A stretch of 64,000 bases of DNA from an uncultured delta proteobacterium. Its GTDB lineage: Bacteria > Desulfobacterota > Binatia > Binatales > Binataceae. The translations under genes and the position numbers were made by a program. This document shows, in pieces, positions 39,061-51,731 of this stretch. The stretch is taken from NCBI GenBank assembly GCA_963794325.1, contig CAWCDG010000004.1, forward strand, positions 416,001 to 480,000. Reading direction: 5' to 3'. Numbering within the stretch: the first letter of the stretch is position 1; each line of letters opens with the position of its first letter. Below the pieces are notes generated by a model. The model saw only the letters and a program-made list of their open reading frames with translations, made no database searches and was not told the origin of the DNA.

Positions 39061-39554
39061 ATGAAGCGGGCCCCCTATCAGATCCTGGTACTGCCATTCA
39101 GAAGACTGAAAGGCGGCGATCCGTTGTACGCTATTTTCCGACGAGCCGATTGCCGCACGTGGCAAGGAATCGCTGGAGGAGGCGAGTCCAACGAGTCGCC
39201 TCTAGAATCAGCCCGACGCGAAGCTCTCGAAGAAGGTGGAATACCGGCGAACAGTGCCTACTTCGCGCTCGACTCGTCGTCGACGATTCCAGTCGTGAAC
39301 ATTTGCGGCTTCAAATGGGGACCCAACGTACTAGTCGTCCCCGAGCACAGCTTTGGCGTGGAAATGACTTCTCCGGAATTCACTCTTTCGACTGAGCACA
39401 GCGAGTATCGATGGGTGCCGTATGCCGCCGCCTATCGTTTGTTGGAGTGGAACAGCAACAGGAACGCGCTTTGGGAGCTCGACACCAGAATAAGGACGCG
39501 GAAACTGGGAGCGCAACGATGTCCAGGAGCGAAGGGCCATAGGGCTCGCACACG

Positions 39555-39558
<4 letters not shown>
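39061..39558 (+). CDS. NUDIX hydrolase (NudB/dATP pyrophosphohydrolase-like)
   Basis: WQGIAGGGESNESPLESARREALEEGG Nudix box and LSTEHSEYRW...WNSNRNAL. Confidence 0.85.
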
Positions 39559-40597
<1,039 letters not shown>

Positions 40598-40601
<4 letters not shown>

Positions 40602-43018
40602 AGCTGCCTCTTAGCTGGATGCGCGACTTCGTCAGCGTCGATGCGCCGGTCGAGGAAATTTCGCGGCGCTTAAGTTTCGCGGGACTCGTGGTCGAGAATG
40701 TCGAGAAGCTCACGCCGGGATTCGCTGGCGTATTCGCGGCGCGCGTCGTCAACGTCGAGAAGCATCCCAACGCGGACCGGCTGAATCTCGTCGATGTGGA
40801 CGCCGGCGAAAAAGGAAAATTCAAAGTCGTGTGCGGCGCGCCCAACGTCAGGGCCGGCATGGTCGCGCCGCTTGCTCTGGTCGGCGCGCAGCTTGGCAAG
40901 GAGCCGCCGCTGGAAGCAGCCGTGATTCGCGGCGTGCAGTCGGAGGGCATGCTGTGCTCGGAGCGCGAGCTTGGCCTCTCGCAGGATCACGCGGGAATTC
41001 TCGCCCTCGGCGCCGACGCCCCGCTTGGTGGCGAAGTGGCTGCGTACTTGCACCTCGACGAAACGGTGCTCGACGTTGAAATCACGCCGAACCGCGGAGA
41101 CTGCCTGTCGATTCTCGGCCTCGCGCGCGAAGTTGCGGCATTGTTCGGCGCACGATTGCGTGCGCCGCGGCTGCGCGCAGCCCATTCCGCCGCTTCGGCC
41201 GACAGCGCGCAGGTTTCGATTTCGGTTTCCATCGACGCGCCCGATCTATGCCCTCGCTATGCCGCGCTCGCGATGACTGGAATCAAGATCGGTCCGTCAC
41301 CGGCATGGCTCAAGCGCCGGCTCGAACTATGCGGGATGCGCGCGCTGAACAACGTCGTCGACGCGACCAACTACGTGATGCTCGAACTCGGTCAGCCCTT
41401 GCACGCATTCGACTACGGCAAAATCGCCGGCGGCAAAATTGTCGTCCGCCGCGCCGGCGAGACGCGCGAGTTCGTCACGCTCGACAACGTCACCCGCACG
41501 CTCGACCCCAACGACCTGCTGATCGCCGACGGCGACAAGCCGCTCGCAATCGCCGGCGTGATGGGCGGTCTCAATTCCGAGGTCAGCGATTCGACGACGA
41601 CCATTCTGCTCGAGAGCGCATACTTCGAGCCGATGACCATCGCGCGAACCGCACGGCGCCTGGGTTTGCGGAGCGAGGCGAGCTACCGCTTCGAACGCGG
41701 CATCGACCGCGCGGGACAGGTCGGCGCACTGATTCGCGCCGCCGAATTGATCCGCAAAATCGCGCGCGGGCGCGAGGCGTCGCCAATATCCGACTTCGAG
41801 CCGCGCAAGGCCGAGCCGCGCGAGATTGCACTCGATCTCGCCGCGATGGAATCGCTGCTCGGCGCTTCGATACCCGCGACCGTCGCGCGGACCCGTCTCA
41901 AATCGCTCGGCGCGCAGGTCAGCACGCGGGGCAAAGGCGTGCTCGCAGTAGTGCCACCGTCGTTCCGCTCCGACCTGGTCGAGCAAGCCGACCTGATCGA
42001 AGAAGTCGCGCGCCTGGGCGGCCTCGAAGACATTCCCGCGCTGCTACCCGAACGCATAAGTGCGCGCGCTCCCGTCAATCGCGAACGCGAATTCATCAAG
42101 GGCACCCGCGAAGTGATGCTCGGATGCGGCCTGACCGAAGCCGCGACCATCGCATTCATCGCGCCCGCCGACAACGCGCGTTTTCCGGGAATCCAACCCT
42201 CGACTCGACCCGTCAAGGTGACGAACCCACTGTCCGCCGAACTGAGCGAGCTGCGCGTCAGCCTGATGCCGGGACTGGTCACTTCGCTCAGATTCAATTT
42301 GAACCGCGAGGCGCGCGCCTTCCACGCATTTGAACTGGGCAAGATTTTCCGCATGGATGGCGACATCGCGACCGAGCACCATCATCTCGCCGTCGTCAGT
42401 TACGGACCCTACGCGCTCTCGGCGATCGGCGATCAGAGCGTCGCGGCAGGATTCTTTACGATGAAGGGAATCCTCGAGACTTACTTCGACGCAATCGGCA
42501 TTTCGCCGCGCATCGCGTTCAAGGCGATCGAGCCCGTCGATGCCCCATTCCTGCATCCCGGGCGCAGCGCTATCGTCAAGCTCGACGATACGGCGATTGG
42601 CCTGATCGGTGAATTGCATCCGGCTGAAGCGATGCGCCTTGATCTGAACGAACCGTGCGCGGTCTGCGAACTTGACTTGAGTAGTCTCATTGCCTATGGT
42701 TTCTCGCCGCGCAAAACTTTTCAGCCGCCACCAAAATTTCCCGCTATCAGGCGCGATTTGGCGTTGGTGCTGGATCGGAATTTCCCGGCGGATATGGTAG
42801 TCAAGACCATCCGGGAGGCTGGCGCGTCGCTGCTGGAAAGCGTCGAGGTGTTCGACGTGTACGAGGGGACTGCAGTGGCCGCCGGTAAGAAGAGCGTGGC
42901 GTTGGCTTGTCGTTACCGTGCAAAGGATCGCACGCTGACTGATGAGGAGGTGAACCGCATTCACGCAGTGCTGGTCGAGCAGGCGCGGATGCGATTGGGC
43001 GCGGAGTTGCGGCAGTAA
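40598..43018 (+). CDS. pheT: Phenylalanine--tRNA ligase beta subunit
   Basis: HPNADRL, VCGAPN, SEGMLCS, TPNRGDCLS, ELGQPLHAFD, YRFERG and a C-terminal FDX-ACB domain. Confidence 0.98.
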
Positions 43019-43064
43019 CAGCGTGCCTAACGCGAACGGGTGGGGATTCGTTACGCCGCAGGGC

Positions 43065-43358
43065 ATGACCAAAGCTGATCTTGTAGATTTGATCTACGAG
43101 CGGGTAGGCTCCTCGAAGAAGGAAGCCTGTGACGTGGTCGAAGCAGTATTTTCGATCATCAGGGATTCGTTGCGTCAGGGTCAGAAAGTGAAAATCTCCG
43201 GCTTCGGCACTTTCCTCGTCAATCAGAAACATGCGCGCCGCGGGCGCAATCCGCAGACCGGCGAGCCAATTACCATCGACTCGCGCCGCGTGCTGTCCTT
43301 CAAGCCGAGCCAGGTGTTGAAGGAACGGGTTAACAACGGCTCCAAGCCGGGGATATGA
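43065..43358 (+). CDS. ihfA: Integration host factor subunit alpha
   Basis: MTKADL, VKISGFGTF and RRGRNPQTGE...RRVLSFKPS; located after pheT. Confidence 0.93.
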   Translation: MTKADLVDLIYERVGSSKKEACDVVEAVFSIIRDSLRQGQKVKISGFGTFLVNQKHARRGRNPQTGEPITIDSRRVLSFKPSQVLKERVNNGSKPGI

Positions 43359-43828
43359 AACCGATGCCGCGCCCGCGCCCGCCATCAGTTCGGCGGCGAA
43401 AACCAGCCCCGCAAAAGTCAGTCACGATTACCGCGATGCCAGAGCGCGGCCTGAAAATCGGCGAAGCGGCGCGCGCACTGGGCGTCGAGACCTACGTGCT
43501 GCGCTTCTGGGAAACCCAGTTCCCGTTCCTGAAGCCCAAGCATACCCGCACCAAGCATCGCTTCTACCAGGAAAAAGATCTCGACGTTCTCCGCCTCATC
43601 AAGCGCCTGCTGCACGACGAAGGCTTCACCATCGTCGGCGCGAACAAGCACATCAAGGATTCTGGCCTCGACGCATTGATGGCGGGAAAGCCCTTGCCGA
43701 AAAATGCGCCGTCGTCGTCGCCAGAGCGCGCAACCTCGCAGTCGCCAGCAATCGACGGCCAAGCCCGCCGCGTCCTGAACGAGGTACGCCGCGACCTCGA
43801 ATCGATCCACAAAATTTTAGAAGACTGA
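43355..43828 (+). CDS. MerR family transcriptional regulator (ihfA-associated)
   Basis: IGEAARALGVETYVLRFWETQFP.LKP......R.Y...D...L..IK.LL..EGFTI.GA pattern. Confidence 0.9.
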   Translation: MKPMPRPRPPSVRRRKPAPQKSVTITAMPERGLKIGEAARALGVETYVLRFWETQFPFLKPKHTRTKHRFYQEKDLDVLRLIKRLLHDEGFTIVGANKHIKDSGLDALMAGKPLPKNAPSSSPERATSQSPAIDGQARRVLNEVRRDLESIHKILED

Positions 43829-43834
43829 TTCGCG

Positions 43835-44234
43835 CTACTTTCGAAGTTGGACGGTACCCTGCGGACCGTCATACACGAGCACGCAATTGCGCAATTGATT
43901 TCGACCCAGGAGCGCCTGCCGACCACCTAGATCGGCGAGACTGACTTCGGTTACTTCGCGCAAATTCAGAGCGGGAATTTCGATTTCAGCCAGAAAGAGG
44001 TGGGACGAAAACTGTCCGCCTGCACCTGAGAATCGTCCCGGCCCCTGCCAATAGAAGTGGCGCCCACCCCAGGAGAAAACGACGCTCTATGAATGTCAGT
44101 TGAGAACCGATGTCGATCAGAGCCTGTAGCACGGTTTCCCGGCCGTCAACGGGCGATCTGACAATGATTTCGACTGTAGCGCCTTGTCGGATCAGCGCTA
44201 CCGAAGTGCCAGGACCGCAATTTATTGTGGGCAA
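43835..44234 (-). pseudogene. Retropepsin-like (clan AA) aspartic protease, frameshifted
   Basis: The N-terminal frame has LQALIDIGSQLTFI. Another frame continues RFSGAGG...EIEIPAL...ALLGRNQLRNCVLVYDGPQGTVQLRK* ending at 43835. Confidence 0.65.
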
Positions 44235-44237
44235 GGC

Positions 44238-44516
44238 TTAACTGTGACGGTGACGCAGATGCATGGCAGAATCGGAGTCTATTCCGATAGGGCTTCCGAT
44301 TTGCTGGATTAAGAACGGACCCGTTTTGGATTTAGCCAATGCAGCCCTTCCCGCAGAATCGAAGTCTGGATAAAGGCCGAGCAGTTGTCCCCGAAAAAAT
44401 AAAGCGAACTCGTCAAGATGAGTCCGCTCCAGTCCCTCGCGAAGTTTTTCAAACGCAGCTATGTCTGCATCGAGCACATGCGCCGCAACAGAGTCATTCC
44501 GCTTGCTGGCCTGCAT
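44238..44516 (-). CDS. Small DUF5678-like protein upstream of the aspartic protease
   Basis: DIAAFEKLREGL...H..EFALF..GQLLGLY.DF..A..A......PFLIQQIG pattern. Confidence 0.6.
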   Translation of the reverse strand: MQASKRNDSVAAHVLDADIAAFEKLREGLERTHLDEFALFFRGQLLGLYPDFDSAGRAALAKSKTGPFLIQQIGSPIGIDSDSAMHLRHRHS

Positions 44517-44579
44517 ACACCGACAGTTTATTCGATTACTTAAGAAATCGCCACGACCCCATCGGCCTTACGACAGGCG

Positions 44580-47084
44580 CTACTCGACGCTGCGTTCCTG
44601 CGATGCCAACTGCGCGCGGGCTGGCTTGCTTGCTGATACCGCGACTTCCGCTGTCTTAGGCTGACGTATCAGAACGCCGAGCGGCGCGAGATTCAACTCA
44701 GTGGCGCATTCCTCAGTCGCGCGATGTACCAGGCGTCCTGCCTCAACCATCTTCGCCGCGATGCACACTGCGCCGGCTATCGTGAGCGCTACCAGGCCCA
44801 GCGCTATCTCGACTGGCCCCGCGATTGCGGCGATCGCCGCGCTCAGCGCACCCGCTGCCAGAGCCATCGTGGAGACTCGCGTGAACTTTATGCGCGCCAG
44901 CACGTGATTGGTGACTTTGCCCGCCTCGTGCTCTTCGTCCGCCGTCTTCAGCTCGATTCGCGTCCACGGATTCGGCCGCACTTCCAGGTCGTAGTCGTTC
45001 CATCCCGCCTCGACCACCGTGCCAACCCCATTCTGCGCGAACAGCTTCAGCATCTTGTCGATGAGGCGGTCGCGCGCGATGCTCTCGTTGTTCCAGTAGT
45101 CCAGCCGAATCGTGCGCCGGAGCCAGTTGGTCGTCGCGCGCTGGCGTACGCCATCCGCACCCGTCAGTCCTGTCAAAGCTTTCGCCCGTTCCTTGTAGCG
45201 CGTCATCGTTCGCACCATCGGCCCCGTGTACGCGAGATACGCGATCAGCATTCGCGCCGTAAAACTTTCGTGAGATTTATCGAGCGGCGCGTGCCATGCA
45301 TAGTAGAGCGCCCAAATCGGCCCGAGCGCCAGCATCGCCGCCGCCGGAATCACCGAGACGCCAAGCACGATCGACGCGACAATCGCGATTGCCGAGAGCA
45401 CGGTCCATTCGAGCGTCTGCGGCAGAACCTTGAGCAGTGTCAGACCGGGATCGAACAGCGACTGCGCACCAGCAGATGCATTCCACAGCACGCGTTTGCG
45501 ATTGCCCCCGGGGATCGTCCGCGCCAGTCCGGGAATCGTGCCGCGCCACGCGATCTGTCCCATGATGTTGAAGCGCTCCGAATATTTCGGATAGAGCATC
45601 GCCTCGGCGCGCCCGTAACCGCGCTGCTGCCCGTAGTAGGCTTTGATCGTATTGCGCCGGAAGTGCCACACGAATGCGGCCGGCGAGAACCCCAGCTTGT
45701 AGCCCGCCGCTAGCATGCGCCAGCAAATATCAACGTCGTCGCCCGCGGTCCTGAACTGCGCATCGAATCCACCGATGCTGGCGAGCGCCGCCTTCGAAAA
45801 AACCATGTTGCAACCCGCCAGATGCTCCGCGCGATCCTCTGCGACCAGCACGTGACACGGCGCGCCCGGCGACGCGGCGCAACTCGCTTCGATCCATCCG
45901 TCTTCATGCGGCGCGTAGTTCGGACCACCGCATCCGTCGAAATTGTTTTCGGTCATCGATCGGACCATCAGCGTCAGCCAATGCGGATCGACTACGCAGT
46001 CCGAATCGGTGTAGGCAATAAACTCGCCGCGCGCCGCATGCATCCCGACGTTGCGCGCAACGCTCAGCCCCTTGTTGGGCTGGCGGATTAGCCGAAACTC
46101 CGGAAAATCCATTGAGATGTCCGCGGTCTTGTCGCGCGACCCGTCATCGACAATCACGACTTCGAAATTCGGGTAGTCGAGGCGTCGCAGCGACTCCAGG
46201 CACGGACGCATGGTGCGCTCGGCGTTGTATGCACAAATCACCACCGACACCATCGGCATCTTCGCCGGCCGCGGCGGGCAGGTGCCGTTGAGCGTCACGA
46301 ACGGCATCACGTCCGACGCGCGCATCATCCGCACTCCGAGCCAGTCTTGAGTAGCCGGAGCAGGAACCGGCGGAGCAACCACGCCAGCCGCACCCGTACC
46401 AAACGCCACTGCTACCGCTTCGTCCTGCCCCATAGATGCGTCCCTGAATTCGATCATCACCGGCCGCGCTTCCGCGACATTGTGCAGGGCGACGACGAAA
46501 TCGCGAATCTCGACCGGCGCGAGCGCCGGGATTTCCGCGTAAAGAAAATCCTCTTCTAAAATCGAAAGTGCGCGCGTTTCCGGCCGCACTTTGATTCCAA
46601 TCATCGCCTCGGGCGCGCGTCCCTTGATCGTCTTCACCACGCTGCGCACACGGCGCCGCGCGTTTTCGAGTCCGCCCGCGCGCAACGCGTCCTGTCCGAT
46701 CTCGCAATCGAGGATGTATCCGGCCAGCGCCGGATGCCGGCTGAAAATATTCGCCGTATGCGCGATCCGCGACACAACCGATTTGAATCCGCGACGGCTC
46801 GTCAGCTCGTCCGCCGTGATTCGCAGCTCGACCATCGCGACCAGCCCCGATTGCGCCGCGATATCGAGGCACGGCTGCGACTGCGCCTCGGTCAGCACCA
46901 GACCTGTCGTATGCGACGTTTTGAGATCGTCGAGCCGCTTTCGTAGTTTGAGTTTCTGTGCGAAATCGAGCGTCGCGCTCACATCTGTGAGGCGCATCGC
47001 CTTGAAAAAGAATTTTTGTCCTGAGCGAGAAAGGAACTTGCCGTGGGGGGTGACGCGTTCAATAGATTCGGTATTGGTAAGCAT
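44580..47084 (-). CDS. Fusion: N-terminal glycoside-hydrolase-like TIM barrel + GT2 glycosyltransferase + TM segments
   Basis: GT2 motifs VSVVICAYN, VDDGS, YTDSD, GDDVD and QQRGYG. N-terminal GKFL..SGQKFFFK...DCEIG...IEF. C-terminal TM helices. Confidence 0.85.
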   Translation of the reverse strand: MLTNTESIERVTPHGKFLSRSGQKFFFKAMRLTDVSATLDFAQKLKLRKRLDDLKTSHTTGLVLTEAQSQPCLDIAAQSGLVAMVELRITADELTSRRGFKSVVSRIAHTANIFSRHPALAGYILDCEIGQDALRAGGLENARRRVRSVVKTIKGRAPEAMIGIKVRPETRALSILEEDFLYAEIPALAPVEIRDFVVALHNVAEARPVMIEFRDASMGQDEAVAVAFGTGAAGVVAPPVPAPATQDWLGVRMMRASDVMPFVTLNGTCPPRPAKMPMVSVVICAYNAERTMRPCLESLRRLDYPNFEVVIVDDGSRDKTADISMDFPEFRLIRQPNKGLSVARNVGMHAARGEFIAYTDSDCVVDPHWLTLMVRSMTENNFDGCGGPNYAPHEDGWIEASCAASPGAPCHVLVAEDRAEHLAGCNMVFSKAALASIGGFDAQFRTAGDDVDICWRMLAAGYKLGFSPAAFVWHFRRNTIKAYYGQQRGYGRAEAMLYPKYSERFNIMGQIAWRGTIPGLARTIPGGNRKRVLWNASAGAQSLFDPGLTLLKVLPQTLEWTVLSAIAIVASIVLGVSVIPAAAMLALGPIWALYYAWHAPLDKSHESFTARMLIAYLAYTGPMVRTMTRYKERAKALTGLTGADGVRQRATTNWLRRTIRLDYWNNESIARDRLIDKMLKLFAQNGVGTVVEAGWNDYDLEVRPNPWTRIELKTADEEHEAGKVTNHVLARIKFTRVSTMALAAGALSAAIAAIAGPVEIALGLVALTIAGAVCIAAKMVEAGRLVHRATEECATELNLAPLGVLIRQPKTAEVAVSASKPARAQLASQERSVE

Positions 47085-47116
47085 GGATTCGGCTGTCCTC
47101 TCGATGAGGACCTAAT

Positions 47117-47132
47117 TGCCAGAGCCATGCCA
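47117..47132 (-). promoter_or_regulatory. Putative sigma-54 (-24/-12) promoter for the GT2 fusion gene
   Basis: Minus strand TGGCATGGCTCTGGCA has GG and GC at consensus spacing (TGGCACG-N4-TTGCW), upstream of SD gagagga and the ATG at 47084. Confidence 0.6.
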
Positions 47133-47362
47133 TCGGAAAAATCCAACGCCTGTAAGCCTTTTCAGGCAAACCCCGAAATCGCGCAAACCAATTGGGTTGA
47201 GCGCTGTACGATTTGCGCCGCGCGATTTTCGCGATGGATCGGTTCGCGAGGTGCAAAATCAGGCAGAATGCTTACGTTATACACACGCTAGATTGGTTAT
47301 TTTGCGAATGTTATACGTCATGGAAGTACGCATATAGAAATCTTTCCGCCGGGTTGTAACCA

Positions 47363-49102
47363 ATGAAACTATCGTTCGCTTGTGGATGCCACCGACCATC
47401 AAAGTCCAGCAAACAGCGCGAACCGAACGACCCGCAAATTGAAGTCACTCCCGAAGAAGTACAAGCGATAAGAGACCAGCTCGCCGAGATAGAACAGTCT
47501 CTCTCACGCCTGTGGGGCCCGACCATCTGGAGCCGCACCCCCGAATGCATCCAGATTCGTTCCGAGGCCGCCGACCTGATCGATCGCCACTTCGATGGAA
47601 TCGTCGAGCAGTGGGGAGAATCAATCGCGTACATCATCCACGGGCACTCCAAGTACGACGAGAGTGGCCGCAAAGATAACATGGTCAATTCTCTCATTCG
47701 CTTCACCGACCATCTGCGCGATCCCGACGACATTTGTACCTACGTTTACCTGCGCCGGCATTGCCAGGAGGGGATGCTCGCGCGGGCCAAGCCGTCCCAG
47801 TTCAACGTCATTCACATCGCGCTCAAACAAATCATTCTCAATCACGTCAAATCCACGATGTCCGGTCCCTCGATGGAGCGGGTGCGCGACTTGATGGTCG
47901 CGGCGATCGACGAGCGGCGTCTGATGGTCTCGCAGTTCTACATCGAATCGCGCGAACGGTTGATGCGCGAATCCGAAGAAAAGTACCGCAACACTATCGA
48001 CCATGCGCCCGATCCGATGTACGAGATCGAACCGCACACCTGGATTGTGTTGGGGCTGAATGCGGCTGCCCTGAAGCTGCATCAAATGGAGTGGGAGCAT
48101 GAGCCCACCTGGTACGAGGGCGACATCCACAAGGAGATCATCGGTCGCCCCGTCCCCGACCTCGTGCCCCCCGAGTTGAGGCAAAGCGTCGTTGACAGCC
48201 TCGAGCAAGTGCTCCGCGATGGCTCTGCGCAGACCCAGGAATTCCCGATCGGCCCGCTCTTCTTCGACGTCAACTCGGCACTCATCACCTACGGCAAAAA
48301 ACAATTCGTCCAGATGATCCTGCGCGACGTCACCCAGCGTCGCGAGATGCTCGATTCACTGATTAAGGCTGAGCGGCTCGCCGCGGCAGGCACGTTTGCG
48401 GCCGGCGTCGCGCACGAGGTGAACAATCCGCTTGCCTCGATTTCGTCGCTGGTGCAATCGATTCTGACCGGCGAGAACGACCCCGAGCGTCGCACCACGA
48501 TGCACACCATCCTGTCGCAGATCACGCGCATCTCGAGCACCCTCAAGGATCTCGTCAATTTCGCGCGGCCGACCACCGCGCAACGCAAGCAGGTGGACGT
48601 CAACGGGCTAATCGCGGAGACGCTGCGGCTCATCACCTACAACAAACGCTTCAGCGGTATCCGCGTCGAACCGATCCTCGCGCCCGATCTGCGCCGCGCC
48701 TTCGCCGACGACAACGAAATTCAGCAAGTCCTGCTCAATCTGCTGTTCAACGCCGCCGACGCGGCCCCGGCTGAAGGCGCAGTAATCAAGGTGATCACCG
48801 AGAACCAGCGCCCCGGACAAGGCGCGGACAAATCGCGCCGCGTGTTTATCAAGGTCGTGGACAACGGCATCGGAATCCCACGCGAGCATCTCGAGCGCGT
48901 CTTCGATCCATTCTTCACCACCAAGCCCGCCGGCGCCGGCGTCGGCCTGGGACTCTCGCTATGCCAGCGCATGATCCTGTCCAACCAGGGCACGATTCGC
49001 GTGGACAGCGAAGTCGGCCGCGGCACCGGGGTGACGATTACCCTGGCCGCCGCCGAGGAAGCAGCGCGCGCGCAACAGGCATCCGAAATGGCCGCGTCCT
49101 GA
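47363..49102 (+). CDS. Cytoplasmic sensor histidine kinase: helical (globin/RsbRD_N-like) domain + PAS + HisKA + HATPase
   Basis: AHEVNNPL H-box, QVLLNLLFNAADA, DNGIGI, FDPFFTTK and GVGLGL motifs; no TM segment evident. Confidence 0.92.
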   Translation: MKLSFACGCHRPSKSSKQREPNDPQIEVTPEEVQAIRDQLAEIEQSLSRLWGPTIWSRTPECIQIRSEAADLIDRHFDGIVEQWGESIAYIIHGHSKYDESGRKDNMVNSLIRFTDHLRDPDDICTYVYLRRHCQEGMLARAKPSQFNVIHIALKQIILNHVKSTMSGPSMERVRDLMVAAIDERRLMVSQFYIESRERLMRESEEKYRNTIDHAPDPMYEIEPHTWIVLGLNAAALKLHQMEWEHEPTWYEGDIHKEIIGRPVPDLVPPELRQSVVDSLEQVLRDGSAQTQEFPIGPLFFDVNSALITYGKKQFVQMILRDVTQRREMLDSLIKAERLAAAGTFAAGVAHEVNNPLASISSLVQSILTGENDPERRTTMHTILSQITRISSTLKDLVNFARPTTAQRKQVDVNGLIAETLRLITYNKRFSGIRVEPILAPDLRRAFADDNEIQQVLLNLLFNAADAAPAEGAVIKVITENQRPGQGADKSRRVFIKVVDNGIGIPREHLERVFDPFFTTKPAGAGVGLGLSLCQRMILSNQGTIRVDSEVGRGTGVTITLAAAEEAARAQQASEMAAS

Positions 49103-49112
49103 AGATTGCTCA

Positions 49113-50546
<1,434 letters not shown>

Positions 50547-50668
50547 TACTTGTGTCATCTGACAAAGCGAGCAACGCGAGCGGCAAGAAATGGCTTTTGG
50601 CCTCCGGACAGCTTCGCGTAAGCGAAGCCGATTCCGGTTTCGAGATCGCGCAGCGCCCCACCATCCGG

Positions 50669-50707
50669 TCCCCCTTCCCACTATGGGAAGGGGTTAGGGG
50701 TTAGGTT
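50669..50707 (-). repeat. Family A repeat
   Basis: Reverse complement aacctaacccctaaccccttcccatagtgggaagggg is nearly identical to the 17744 copy. Confidence 0.88.
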
Positions 50708-50810
50708 CCCAGGCACTCCCCCGACCCGGGAATAACCGTTCCAATCCGCCAGTCAAGAATATACACTGAATAACTGGAACGGCTGGCCGGAGCCGTCCCC
50801 GGAGAAACAT

Positions 50811-51026
50811 ATGGACCTCTTTGCGCCAACTCACCTGCTGATCATTTTGCTGATCATCCTGGTCATCTTCGGTCCCAGCAAGCTCGGCGATGTCGGCGGC
50901 GCGATGGGCAAAGCAATCCGCGACTTCAAGCGCGCGATGAACGAACCCGACAATGCAACCACGCCGCTGGCCAAACCCGACGAAGTCAAAGCCGCCGAGA
51001 CCCCCAAGCCCGACAAAGTTTCCTGA
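50811..51026 (+). CDS. tatA: Twin-arginine translocase TatA/E subunit
   Basis: HLLIILLIILVIFGPSKL.DVG..MGKAIRDFKRAM pattern. Confidence 0.93.
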   Translation: MDLFAPTHLLIILLIILVIFGPSKLGDVGGAMGKAIRDFKRAMNEPDNATTPLAKPDEVKAAETPKPDKVS

Positions 51027-51070
51027 CCCGCCCCGCGATCCTCTTACTTTCTGATCGCTCCCTCTTTCTG

Positions 51071-51163
51071 TCTCCTCGCCCTGTTAGGGGCGAGGATGAA
51101 GGTGAGGGTCCGCTTGCAGGGCGCGCTTCGCGTGCGATTCAAGATTCTGCGTCTTTCCAGAGG
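51071..51163 (-). repeat. Family C repeat
   Basis: Reverse complement gaatcttgaatcgc...gcgccctgcaagcggaccctcaccttcatcctcgcccctaacagggcgagga matches the 16596 copy. Confidence 0.75.
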
Positions 51164-51187
51164 TCCAGGGTTGAGTACGAAAACTTT

Positions 51188-51731
51188 ATGAAACGATACA
51201 TCCTCACCGGCACCCCCGGATGCGGCAAAACCTCGATCATTCGATCCTTGGAGGTCGACGGCTACACCGTCGTCGAAGAAGCTGCCACCGACATCATCGC
51301 GATGCGCCATGCGCAAGGAATCGCAGAACCACACACGCACCCATCTTTCATCGACGACATCACCAATCTTCAGAAGCTCCGACAGGTTCGCATAGCTGAC
51401 GCATCCGGCATCCAGTTTTACGACCGTTCGCCGATATGCACCTACGCGCTCAGCGTGTGGCTCGGCTTTCCGATTTCGATAACTCTCGCCAATGAAATAA
51501 AACGAATTGAGAAAGAGCAGCTCTATCAGAAGCAAGTCTTCTTCATCGAAAACCTGGGATTCTGCGAACACTTCCGCGGCAAGGAGGATCACCTTCGAGG
51601 ATTCCTTACGATTCGAAAAAGTTCATGAGGAGACCTACACCTCCTTCGGCTACGAATGCATAAGAATCGCCCCTCGCGAGCTGTCCGTCCGAGTCGAACA
51701 AATCACGCGCTATGTCTCTGCGGCTGACTAG
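51188..51731 (+). CDS. AAA_28/NadR-type P-loop ATPase with an apparent frameshift near 51571
   Basis: YILTGTPGCGKTS, VEEAATD and FYDRSP. The C-terminus (ARRITFEDSLRFEKVHEETY..FGY) is in the 51507 frame. Confidence 0.8.
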
